A stretch of DNA of 64,000 nucleotides from Octopus bimaculoides (taxonomy: Eukaryota), in the NCBI RefSeq assembly GCF_001194135.2, contig NC_068983.1:48776828-48840827 (forward strand), in the 5' to 3' direction. The translations under genes and the position numbers were made by a program. This document shows, in pieces, positions 37,791 to 50,200 of the stretch. The notes under the pieces are model-generated. The model had not been told where the DNA came from. It worked only from the letters and a program-made list of their open reading frames with translations, and ran no database searches. How positions within the stretch are numbered: position 1 is the first letter of the stretch; each line of letters begins with the position of its first letter.

Positions 37791-38691
37791 ATATTACTGC
37801 TTATATTAGGAAGTTAAAAGGTACGACTGGTTATAGAGTGACTATTGGTTTCGCACATATAAAGTTCTTAGCAATAGGGTGATTCGTCAGACTTAAATAT
37901 CCGAAGGTGCATAAACCTTAAAAAATTTAAACAACAAACAGTCAGTTGCTTTGGTGAACAAAAATTAATTGTCCGCGCTGCGATCGAGTTGGTCACCCTC
38001 CTGAACATCGGCTCCGGGCATGGTGAAATTTGAAGGAGCTGTGGCAGGACTATTCTACAAATGGAGGATTCAAAGCCCGAAGTAGGAAAAAAAAAAATAC
38101 AACTGACCATAACATATTTCTTCCGCCAGTCGTACAGTGGTTATGCGCCTTCAGCCGTTTCAGTCCGCCGCGTTGCTCACCTATACAGTTGAGCGCTTTA
38201 TAGGTGCGAAACTAATGATCACTGTATGAGCGACCATAACTTTTAGCTTCCTAAAATATATTACTATCCTAATGCTTTATAGTGAGCTTCTGTTTTGGAT
38301 ATGTGAACTGCTGTTGTTATATATAGATNNNNNNNNNNNNNNNNNNNNNNNNNNNNNNNNNNNNNNNNNNNNNNNNATATATATATATATACGCGGACAC
38401 TTACATACATACCTACATACGTACATAATACTATTGCGTAAATGTGACGTGGCTAGGTAGGGAATATCCCCGATTCCTCAATAATTTCGCTTTAAATTTA
38501 TGTCTTATTTCCCTTTGATACACTCTCGAACATATATGATTCTTACAATATGTGAACGGGATTTTGTAACAACGTTCAGTACTGAAATGATCTAAGTGCA
38601 CGTGTTTGAATATTGGTGTTGTGTGTATTTGTATCGTGTACGTGTGTGTGTGTGTGTGTATGTATGTTCTTTATCTGCCTTCCACTATATA

Positions 38692-38740
<49 letters not shown>

Positions 38741-38989
38741 CGGGGGTTGATATCTCTATGTATGTGAGTATAAAACTAGATATTGGCTTGAAAGCTAAAT
38801 AACAAACAAAGAAATAGGTTTTTCTTCATGTTTGAATTTAATGTCATGGAGTTGAAATCTCGAGAACATCTTTGATTTTGAGGAAATGTTTTGATGTGCT
38901 TTCCGGTTTTTGTTAACAACGTCAGAGCAGTCAACAATAACGCGGAGAACAACAACAGCTAAGAGAAAATGTTGTCATATCTTTTTTAT

Positions 38990-39110
38990 TTGTTTATTTA
39001 TTTATTTATTATCATTATTATTATTATTATTATTATTGTTATTATTTTTGATATTAATTTCAGTATTGTTGTTGATGTTGTTTTTATTATTATTGCTGTT
39101 TCTTTTTAGT
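38990..39110. repeat. (ATT)n/(GTT)n degenerate microsatellite
   Basis: Direct reading; source of the poly-Leu pseudo-ORF at 38910-39113. Confidence 0.9.
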
Positions 39111-39999
39111 TAACATTAGAAATAAACAAAAATTGAAATGGTTTCCTTTTGAAAGGTCTTTTGTTTTCATTTTTGGTCGCATTGACAGATGTATATTATG
39201 TGATTGTCAGCGGAGATATTCCTGGTTGTTTTTATTGTTTAACCCTAAGACTAACCTCAACGAGCAGACTTATCATCAAAGCATTGAAGTTGTTTCTACC
39301 CTGTGTATTTTTGTCAAATTACAATGTGGCTCATATCGCAATTTACTATTTATAGAGGATATATTACAGCTTGAAGAACATTTAACTGTATTTCCCACCG
39401 GGGATAGTGAAAACAGACGACTACGCTATTGATATAACACTGGCTTTCATATTTATATTACTGATCGTGTTTTTATAAGTGTTGACTTGTACATTGAAAA
39501 GTTTTTTTTTTTTGTTCGGCATGTATGACATGTATGTTTATATTACGAGTGCATATGGGTGTCTTTGCGATTGTGTATCTACGTAAGTTAAATATGTATG
39601 TATATTAATGCTCTAAGAATCACTTCCACTGTTTTAATCAGGTTTAATTTGCGAAGATTAAGACAAGAATTTTAGGGAGAAAAGTTAATAGATTAATTTA
39701 GAAAATCAGAAAACGTGCTGTTCTTCAACTCCACCATCTCAAATAGACTTACAGTAGAAGATCTACTCCGAGAACTCTAAATAATGCAACATAACGTAAC
39801 ACTCTTGAATCCAAGAAAATGAAGCGAATATATTTTGGGCATGCCAAAGCCAAACCAGTCCCTCTCGCTCCAGTTCGACAGCATCATTCTTTACAAAGCA
39901 CCCTAGGGGGCAATTAGAACATTTCTATCACTTATCGACTGGCCCTTGACTCACAGTTTTTCTGATAGTGAAACACCATGGCTACACTTCGAGAACATG

Positions 40000-41635
40000 G
40001 TCACTTATACAAGATCCTACCAAAGTAGTAGAAATAGGCTCCAAGTGAGGCAAAAACCCAAACACTTGTCAAACAATTAAAATACTACTTGAAACAGAAT
40101 CCACATTCAACAGCTATGAGAAGCTTTGAGCTGGAAAAATATCGTCTGCAGATCAACATGTAAACCTACACCGGCAACTAAACTGCAGACGAAAACTGGG
40201 AAATCAAAAAGATCATAGTACGAAAGTGTTCTATTCACATGCTAACAAGAACAAGGTCACTCTCCCACACATTGGTCCAGTGATAGATGATAGAAGCATT
40301 CTTCAGCATGAAGCTGAGGAAATGACAGAAGTACTGCGTAAACTATATTGCTCTATATTTTATGATACCACTGAAATTTGAACAACATAAATCCCTATTA
40401 TATTATCTCTGACATCATAGCAGCAATAAATGAAATCAAGTATTGTTCAGAGTAGGTTCTGATAAATATTCCGCTAGTGTCCCGAAAGAATACAAACAAC
40501 TACTTGCAACCTTTCAAATAAATCTTTCGAGAAACATATTAAACTGAGGTTATATCCGGAAACCTTTCTTATCTCAATTTATTATCTCGGTCTTCGAAAA
40601 GGGAAACATATCTCTTTTAGCTACATATCGGTCAATCACACTGAACTTCCATATCACCAAAGTATTTCAAAGTGTGTGGAGATGAAACATGACTCGCTCC
40701 ATGGATATCCTGAATCTTCTAAATTTTAACCAGCATGGCTTTCGCTGTGTTCGGGACTGCCCACGCAGCTTTTACATCACGCCGGTGATGTCATTAATGC
40801 TTTGTGATCAGGTTCGTATGTTTCTTGAATACAGCAGAGTTCGACAGAGTAAACTATAATATCCTCCAGATAAACCTGTCCAGTATTGGAATCTGTTGGA
40901 GACCATTTAAGTGGATTAACTATTTTCTGATGAAAAGAACATAGCGTTCCGATTGATGGGAGGGGGGCATTCAATCCCAACAAAGAAACCAGTGGTGTCC
41001 TCTAGAGGATTGTTTTGGACCCGCTTTTTTTTAATATAATCTGTATAAACGATATCTCAAGCATAGAAAAATAAATATATTAGCATGTGACTCCAAGCTT
41101 TTGATGATTATCAGTGGGAAAGACCGAATAAAATCCAGTTTGATCTACATGCAGTTAGCCAATGGGAGGACAGGAACAATATGCTATTAAATGAGGTAAA
41201 TTTGAACTCCTGCACCTTGGAAGAGAGAATGCGCCTAAACAACCTTATCCTCTTCCTTCCGGGAACTGCTCAGAGTATCGAATAATATCAGAGTCTGGGG
41301 TCACGTGCCATACATGCCCTACACAATTCTGGCTCATAACACAAATTCACTGTAACAATTTCACTAGCTCAACAAGCCCTGCTCTGTATAACTTTATCCG
41401 AAAACAAATAAACGAAGAACAATATCCCATCGCCTTTAAAATAAACCTAGATAATTTCGTTAAGGGAATACCAGATAAATGAACTATATTTCGATACATA
41501 TCAATGGACAAAAGTCCCACCTTGAATGGGCCATAATACGACATAACCTGACTTAATAATGACTTAAAAGATCGCAGCAGATGGTGCTATTAACTTAGAC
41601 ATGGCCTCGGCCAGTCTTTTGCCGAAAAGTATCTG
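40000..41635 (+). mobile_element. Long degenerate CR1/L2-like LINE (pre-RT region, RT with internal deletion, 3' UTR)
   Basis: KVFYSHANKNKV..IGP; GSDKYSASVPKEYKQLLA; SVFEKGN...YRSITLNFHITKVF; NQHGFRCVRDC; tail GATGGTGCTATTAACTTAGACATGGCCTCGGCC...GCCGAAA. Confidence 0.8.
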
Positions 41636-42789
41636 TTTGACTGACTGTCGCCGCCAATCTGAAATTCGATGAAATCATGTCATACAACAACGCCCCCTGC
41701 ATATATTATCCGACGTTTTTTTAGCATTTGCCGTCTACGAGAGGTTTTCTCGAGACTGTGCACATTACGTTTTAGTAAGATTTGAATCAGAACTTTATTC
41801 CTCCATTACTATCTACATGCTTCTTTAACATTCGATAATATATCTCAGAATATATAGCAAATGTCTATATATGCTGAAATCAGAATGGCAGATATATTTC
41901 CCGAGTCTCTTTGCAGAATGTATTTCTAAAGTCTTAACCTTATGACATTTCTTGAGGCTATAATAAAAATTTTATTTCATATGCGCTTCCCACTTTCCTC
42001 GTTGAACAATTCAAATACAAGTCTTAAGTGTTAACTTCTTAATATCATACTAGCGGCTATTACATATCGGCAATAGCAAAACTATATGATGCTACCTATC
42101 AAAAATGTAAGTAATTACGTAAGTTATATTTGTAAAAAGAATTATTGTTACCGTCCAAAATATCTTCCCCATTCACGAAGCTCTGATTACGATAAATAAT
42201 AATAGAATAATTTATAGTTCATAGAATTGTTTTTGCCTAATATAATATAAACATTTACGATAACTGAAGCCGATAAAAAGCCAGGCATTAATGCGTTATG
42301 AATGTTTGTTCATATTTCATTATTAAATAATGTTTTTCTTTCTGGTCTAAAACACACTTTGTTATATCTGTATAAATATCAATATAATTATACACTTGTG
42401 TGTGATTTTGACATATAGTAAGTGGCCTTTGACAATCGCTTTCATATAACAGAATATAGATTTTCTGTTTGTCAATATGATTTGACACTTACATCGAATT
42501 TCAACATTCAAAAAGTAAATGCCATAATTGATTTTTTTTTCACTATTCTGGAATGTACAAAAGTCTTATTATTACCATACACATATGTATTGATATATCA
42601 TACATCGTTTTCTCTGCAATGATCTGTATATTTTCATCTCAAATATTTATTTTCTATTAAGTTGAATCAGAGTAGCAGTAGAACATTTGGCAAATTCTGT
42701 TACCATCAATGTTTCACTAGTGTCGCTTTCGATCCTCATTTAAACCATGTCTAAATATTGGTTTTCGATATTCTCAGGGTTAATGTCAC

Positions 42790-42960
42790 ATAGTATCACA
42801 CCGTGTCATATAGACCTTGGGTGGACCGAGTCACAAATAAGAATGTTCTAAGGAAAGCGAGGCAAAGTCATGACAAATGTCACTGAGTGTAGCAGATCAC
42901 TGATTCTGCCTGGCTGGCCACACTTTTCGTGGAGCCGATCAAAGACACTCTAAAATAATG
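42790..42960 (+). mobile_element. RTE-clade LINE C-terminal remnant
   Basis: PWVDRVTNKNVLRKA resembles the RTE motif I.W.DRVTNEEVL.RA, followed by a WLGH-like segment. Confidence 0.45.
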
Positions 42961-43029
42961 AGGATGTATATGTCTGTCAAGGAACAATATATGAGAACAA
43001 CATTGACAAAATTCTTTTCATTGGACATC

Positions 43030-43320
43030 AATGATAATTTTGCAAAGATATTTTATGCTGAAGTATCCATGTGTTTCACTTGGAACTATAGTAACAGAAA
43101 ATGGCAAAGAAGAAAGCGATGAAAAAATAGTTGAATCATTTGAAGCTTTCCGAAGAAGAAACACTTTGTCGTGTTTACGTTGTCACACCAAAGGCAAGGG
43201 AACTTTATTTTTGAGGATTTTATTGCATGAAGTTCGAAATAGTATCTTTTCCGTTGCCGCCGCGCAACGACATTTTCAACTTGGATTGGTTGAGGAGACA
43301 AAACGGTCACGGTGGGTACT
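43030..43320 (+). mobile_element. Helitron Rep/Hel remnant (region upstream of the helicase)
   Basis: FYAEVSMCFTWNYSNRKWQRRKR, then frameshifted ...LFLRILLHEVR...QLGLVEE, matching Helitron YAEVP.YFTW....W..R.R...GR.Y.V.P...E.Y.LR.LL..VRG...LGLLE. Confidence 0.75.
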
Positions 43321-43354
43321 ACTGGTTATATATACATATATATATTTATTTATT

Positions 43355-43408
<54 letters not shown>

Positions 43409-43436
43409 NNNNNNNNNNTATATATATTTATTTATT

Positions 43437-43479
<43 letters not shown>

Positions 43480-43919
43480 ATACATGTACATGCATATATA
43501 CACATGCGTGTGAGTGTAGGCATATGTATGTGTGTATGAATGTGCGTGTGTATGTGTTCCTCCCGTGCACCACGTGGTTTTTGTTAGAGATACAGAAAGT
43601 ACCAGATTTGAGAGAAGATCTATAATTAACGGGGTCAATTTGGTAGACTAAAACCCTCCAATTCTGTGCTCCAGTACAGTCTCAGGAGAATGAGTAAAAC
43701 AAGTAAGAGATAAAGGATAAAAGTTATGCAATAAATCACTATTGCTGTTGACATAGAGCTCAGTCGTGGCAAGAAAATAGGTTGTATTCGCAAAACCTAT
43801 TTTTATATCATTTGCATGTCTAATTTTGCAGGTGGCCTAACGTTTGTGCATATCTACATCGATCTTCGGCTGCATAATTTTTCCGAGACGACATCGGATA
43901 AGACTAAAATCTGCCGTTA

Positions 43920-44005
<86 letters not shown>
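43920..44005. repeat. Pure (CA)n microsatellite
   Basis: Direct reading. Confidence 0.95.
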
Positions 44006-44006
<1 letters not shown>

Positions 44007-44447
44007 TATGAAAATATAAATTATCGGCACATTTGCGAAATCAACAGGAAAATAGTGATTTTTCTCTATTCACATACAGAAGTGTTTTTGCATAAAATTA
44101 TAAGGCGAGAGAAAAGTGAACAAAATGCTCACAATATAACGTGCAAGATATGAATTCACTTAAATCACGCAGCAATTTTTTTTTTCATTCTTTGCGGAAT
44201 TTACATAAATATCAAGAGAAAAACACGATATACGTAACTTTCGTTTTTACTTTTACAAACTCTTTCTTTATTCTTCTAAAATATAAAAGTAACGCACTTT
44301 CGGTAGAACAACATCTTTTAAAAAAACAAAATGAAAATAATCAGTCGATGCATACATCCAGATATACTTATTCACACACACACGCAAACACACACGCGAA
44401 CGCGCGCGTATAAGTATGTAACAGTATTGATATATATTATTCTTTTA

Positions 44448-44835
44448 CTAGTTTCAGTAATTTGACTGCAGCCATGCTGTAGCCCCACCTTTAGTCGAAG
44501 AGAAAAAGCGACCCCAGGACTTATTCTTTGTAAGCCTAATACTTATTCTATCGGTCTCTTTTGCCGAACCACTAAGTTCCGGGGACGTAAACACTCCAAC
44601 ATCGATTGTCAAGAGATGGTGATGGGGGCGAACAGACACACACACACACCCACACACACATATGTATATATACACGATGGGCTTGTCTCAGTTTCCACCT
44701 ACCAAATCCACTCACACGGATTTGGTCGGCCTGAAGCTATAGAAGAAGTCACTTTCAGAAGGTTACACATAGTGAGACTGAACCCTGAAGCATGAGGTTG
44801 GTAAGCAAGCTTCTTACCACACAGCCACTCCTGCG
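44448..44835 (-). mobile_element. SINE B, full-length
   Basis: Reverse runs from the CAGGAGTGGCTGTGTGGTAAGAAGCTTGCTTACC head to the AGTCAAATTACTGAAACTAGTAAAAGA tail. Confidence 0.9.
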
Positions 44836-45162
44836 TGTATGTATACACACACACGCACATAAGTTATGAGCCGTAGTGGTGTTAATTAGGCCCAGAGGTC
44901 TCAGGTAATGTTGAGTAAATGTTATGGATAGACCATAGTTAAGTCCCAGATTCGGTGATTATGCGAATAAGGGGTCCAACGTAGGTCATATACCTGCGTG
45001 TGTATATAAGGATTTACCTTGCGTAATGAGATAAAAAAAAACAAGGCTGTGTATATTTTAGAACATTTAGAAATGGGTCTTGTATATTTTTGACCTATTT
45101 ATAAATGTTCTAATATATACACAGCCTTGATTATTTTTACCGCTTTACGAAAAGTAAAGCCT

Positions 45163-45250
<88 letters not shown>

Positions 45251-46268
45251 TGTATATGTGTGTGTTTATGTGTGTGTGTGTGTGTGTACACACACACACA
45301 TTCACGCATATGTGCATTCTGAGCATGGATAGTTGCTGAACTACTAACATAAAGGAAGTATTAGTAAATAGTTTCAAATTTAGCAGAAAGACAAGCTGCT
45401 CATGCAGAGCGATAAGAGCTAATGCCAGGTAAAAGAGGAAATGCAATAAAGATACTGTTGCGCATGTGCCGAATTTCTCTCGAAATATCTTATTAGATAA
45501 GGCACTTAAAGCAGATTATCATCTTAATAATTCTTAACTTTATGTGAGTTATTTTTGAAATAATAGACCTTAGCGATTGAGGAAATATCTTGAAAATTCT
45601 ATGTTTTGTTTAATAGCATCTTCTCATTAAGAGATGTATTGCTGTAGGTATTATAAAATAGAAATTATAATAGAAATGGATGATTGTGTTTGGCTTTTCT
45701 GTCTGATGTTGTAGTATTCAGACTGATTGGCCTCTCGAAATATCTAAGGCATTAATTATCTAATTGTTTATATTTGTCTGTTTGTTTTTTTGTTTGTTAT
45801 TGCTGTCTCCGCTTCGCTATTTTATGAATACAATGAAGGAGAACGGGGATGTCTCAGATAATTGCCATGAAAAAAAAAATGCAGAAACGAAGAGAAATAT
45901 AGAAACGATTTGAAAAAGGAATTAAATATCAAATGGAGACTGTAATTAGAAAATATGAAATATATTTTTGAGGAAAAATGATTCGAAGAAATCTAGAAAA
46001 GTGTTGAACGAACTAATTAGATGATGGAAGAATAAAAGTTTTAACATCCAATAAGAACAAGAACAAAATACGTTTCACAAAATTTTACCGAAAAACAAAG
46101 ATGCATAATGGCTTAGAATTGAAATGCTAAATATTACGGAACTGACATTTTCACAAACCGACACACGTACATAAAATTGGATGGAGAAACATTCACGTTG
46201 ACCCGCTTCCTAAAATTACTGAATAGGCAGAGGATAAGGAAAGTGTTTTTAAATATGCAATGATGTAT

Positions 46269-46656
46269 GGTTGGTTGGCACTCCGTCGGTTACGACGACA
46301 TGGGTTCCAGTTGATCTGAGCAACGGAACAGCCTGCACATGAGATTAACGTGCAAGTGGCTGAGCACTCCACAGACACGTGTACCCTTAACGTAGTTCTT
46401 GGGGATATTCAACGTGACACAGTGTGACAAGGCTGACCCTTTGAATTACAAGTACAACAGAAACAGGAAGATAGAGTGAGAGAAAGTTGTGGCGAAAGAG
46501 TACAGCAGGGTTCGCCACCATCCCCTGCCGGAGCCTCGTGGAGCTTTAGATGTTTTCGCTCAATAAACACTCACAGCGCCCGGTCTGGGGATCGAAACCG
46601 CGATCCTACGACCGCAGGTTCGCTGCCCTAACCACTGGGCCATTGCGCCTCCACGA
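46269..46656 (-). mobile_element. SINE C, full-length, with probable 11-bp TSD
   Basis: Reverse head GTGGAGGCGCAATGGCCCAGTGGTTAGGGCAGCG...GGTTTCGATCCCC. Flanks CAATGATG(T/C)AT at 46258-46268 and 46657-46667. Confidence 0.9.
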
Positions 46657-47013
46657 CAATGATGCATATACACATCATAAAAAAGAAATAAAATGTTCCT
46701 TTTTTTTTCACTTCGTCACTCTGTTTTAACCAACAGCTACTGGATTTCTTCTTTGTTACTGATGTCGATAGACATTTTGATTATCATTATTTTCTCGTCA
46801 ATAATCACGATATTAGAGCAATTTCTACCGCTTTAGTATTGCAGATAAATGTCGGTATATAACATATATTTTAATAAGATAATCCGATAAGTGTAAATTT
46901 AGATTGTGAAAGAATGACTTCACGTCATTCCTATTTTGATATATTAATATTCTAAAGAAGTACCAATGAAATATCGTGCTCTTAATGTTGAAATATAAAG
47001 TATTGTATTTCTC

Positions 47014-47390
47014 TGCATGGCTGTGTAGTTAACAAGCTAATTTTATATCCTTGGAATTTACAAACAAAAAAAAAGACGAAGTCAGGTGTGTAAACAACAA
47101 ACAGGTGTATTAGTTTAACGCTCGGGAGGGTGAGGAAGTCGTTTACGTTTCGAGCCTACGCTCTTCCTCATGGTTTCAGCTTTAGTCCAACTGTGTGCCA
47201 CATTCAGAAAGTGACGTCTACTATAGCTCCGGGTGGACCCTTGCTTAGTAAGTGAATTTGTCCCCGTAACTTAACGGTTCGGCAAAAGAGACCCATAGAA
47301 TAGATACTAAAGTACTAGGCTTACAAAGCATTAGTTTTGAGGCGCGCTCCAGCATGGCCGCAGTCAAATGACTGAAACAAGTAGAAGAAT
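47014..47390 (+). mobile_element. Degenerate SINE B interrupted by a roughly 115-bp foreign insert (47053-47167)
   Basis: Head GCATGGCTGTGTAGTTAACAAGCT resumes as CATGGTTTCAG...AGTCC.ACTGTGTGCCAC after the insert. Confidence 0.7.
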
Positions 47391-47438
47391 ATATATACCT
47401 TGAAAACATATGCGTATATATACATATATTAAATATGT

Positions 47439-47810
47439 AGGCGCAGGAGTGGTTGTGTGGTAAGTAGCTTGCTTACCAACAACATGGTTCGGGGTTCAGT
47501 CCCACTCCTTGCGTGGCAGTTTGGGCAAGTGTCGTTTACTATAGCCTCGGGCCGACCAAAGCCTTGTGAGTGGATTTTGTAGCTGGAAACTGAAAGAAGC
47601 CTGTCATAAATATATATATGTATGTATGTGTGTGTGTGTTTGTCCCCCCAGCATCGCTTGACAACCGATGGTGTAACTTAGCGGTTCGGTAAAAGAGACG
47701 ATAGAATAAGTACTCGGCTTACAAAGAATAAGTCCAGGGGTCGATTTGCTCGACTAAAAGGTGGTGCTCCAGCATGGCTGCAGTCAAATGACTGAAACAA
47801 GTAAAAGAGT
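47439..47810 (+). mobile_element. SINE B, near full-length
   Basis: AGGCGCAGGAGTGGTTGTGTGGTAAGTAGCTTGCTTACC...GGGTTCAGTCCCAC...central microsatellite...AATGACTGAAACAAGTAAAAGAG. Confidence 0.92.
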
Positions 47811-48984
47811 ATGTGTATATGTATATATATATAGAGAGATAATGTATGTGTGCGTGCGTGTGAAGGGTAATACTCAAGTTCCCAAGAAATGAGTTTCTAA
47901 ATCCGAATAAGCATGAACTTAGTAACGTTACGCTTAAGTAATAACTTAATATAATAATTTGGCGTATATTTAATTAAGAAGCAGAAGTAAGCAAAATGTT
48001 TGGCTACGTTCTATAATCATTTAAGTATTAAATGTGGTTTCCAAACCGTTTTGTGAAGTAACTTCTTTCACAGTAACTTAAATACATTAGCAAATTACGA
48101 TTAAACCTAGAACACAAGCTCCTGTATATGAATAGAATCAGTGGATAATAACCAGAAAAAGTGAAACAGAGACGTTGAAACAGAAATATATTGACAAAAT
48201 GGGGTGTAAATTTACTGAATTATACATAAAATACAAAGTTTATGCTTCGCAAAATCTTATAAATGTCCCCAGATCGAAACACAAGTGCCGTGGAAACCCA
48301 TGCAATTAGCCGAGTCTCCTTTGTACACACAGTTGTCGTAAAATGGAGTAGTTTTCCTCCTGCATATTTTGTGTTCGAATGTTGCAGTATTTTAAACGAG
48401 GAATTTTCAAAACGGGATTTCTAATATATGCTCTGTATTTTTATGTGGGATGTAATTGTCACTTGATATTGTCTCACTAATGTTATAACATCCTATTGCT
48501 GTGATTTCATATTATTACATACAAATTTAAAAGAGAAACAATAAAAGAAATTATTTAACTTCTTATGGTTATCCAGCATGACCGCAGCCGGCTGCATGGC
48601 TGAGACACGTAAAAGAATAATGAGTATAAGATTTTCGACTCATATCAACTATTAGAATATATGCGGCTTAAATGAGGAATTTTAATGTATGCAAGTTTCA
48701 GATATTTCCTACAGAATATATTTTTTTCCCGAACTTTTCTACGACCTCGATGCCATTCGCTGTTATGACTGTATAGCATAATGCAAGACTTGCTAGAGAT
48801 GTCACTTGAAATAAATATTCAAATTAGAGCACAACTTTGGAGGGGGCTATGGCGTGGAATTTTCCGAGCATGAAGAAGCTATCCGTTATCAGTGTCCCCT
48901 ATCCCCTCATCTGTTACTTTGAGTCCCCAGAACACATACAGACAGTGGCTAAAAAATTTATTGCAATGGCATAACATTTTCCGA

Positions 48985-49450
48985 TCTCTATTTTATTGGC
49001 AAAATTTCGATCCCTTAAAAAGATTGATTTACCATAGACTCATCTAGATTTACTGCTCCTTTGATCACAGGTAGTTTAACTTTTAAGTTCTAAATTTTTA
49101 AAGCAATGATAATTTTATGAAAAATACAAAGATTGGGAGAAGGCCGGTGTTCTAAGGCGGAACAGCGGAAATTATGCGATGAGCGCACAGACTTACACAG
49201 ATTTGCATTTCAGGTTTTCGAGCGAACTTTACGCAGAGGTAACACTAACGTCATTGGCGGAAAAGACCTTCTGCTTATTGGCGATTCAATGCAAACTTTT
49301 CTTGTCATCCTGTGTTACATGAGAACATGCCCCAAACCTAAGCTTGGAAACTAGGGGGAAAGCTTCATCTTCACTGTGAGTGTCGCATTTAAAAGAAATG
49401 TCTTACTAACAGAGTTTGCAAAACTTGTGTTTCAGCTGGATGTGATAACC
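48985..49450 (+). mobile_element. Helitron PIF1-type helicase remnant (motifs Ia-III)
   Basis: FPISILLAKFRSLKKI / DSSRFTAPLITGSLT (cf. ASSGIAATLL.GGRT) / CDERTDLHRFAFQVFERTLR..NVIGGKDLLLIGDSMQTFLVI (cf. WDE.TM.H...FEAL.RTL...GGK..LL.GDFRQ.LPV). Confidence 0.75.
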
Positions 49451-49821
49451 TGCTCTTATATAAGATAATTTGCATGTTTTTGTAGCTATTCACAGAAATA
49501 TTACAAAGTGACAAGATTTGCGAAGGTCACCGTCATTTAACAGATATTAGATCTATTCTCTAACTTAATTTTAATGTTACAAACCGCCCAATGTGGGAGC
49601 AGCAATTGCATGCCAGAAAAATGTAACACTATAAGACTAGCACCCAAAATTCACACATCTCACTCACACAAAGATTCATATGAATATGGTCGTGGTACTT
49701 TTTTTCAATACAGTTTACTTGATGGGCCGAGTTGAACATTTTACGATATATATATTGGTCATACGATTCATGCCGAGACTAACATCAGGCAGTGAAATTC
49801 AGGTTTCATTGATACCTGTCT

Positions 49822-50200
49822 CTTGTTGTTGGCACTCCGTCACTTACGACGTCGAGGGTTCCAGTTGATCCGATCAACAGAACAGCCTGCTCGTGAAATT
49901 AACGTGCAAGTGGCTGAGTACTCTTCAGACACGTGTACCCTTAACGTAGTTCTCGGGGGAGATTCAGCGTGACACAGTGCAACAAGGCTGACCCTTTGAA
50001 TTACAGGAACAAAAAAAAAAACAGGGAGTAAGAGTGAGAGAAAGTTGTGGTGAAAGAGTACAGCAGGGTTCGCCACCATCAACTACCGGAGCCTCGTAGA
50101 TCTTTAGATGTTTTCGCTCAATAAACACTTACAACACCCGGTCGGGGAATCGAAACCGCGATCCTATGACCGCGAGTCCGCTGCCCATTGCGCCTCCACT
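49822..50200 (-). mobile_element. SINE C, full-length
   Basis: Colinear and highly similar to 46269-46656 and 55591-55978. Confidence 0.9.
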
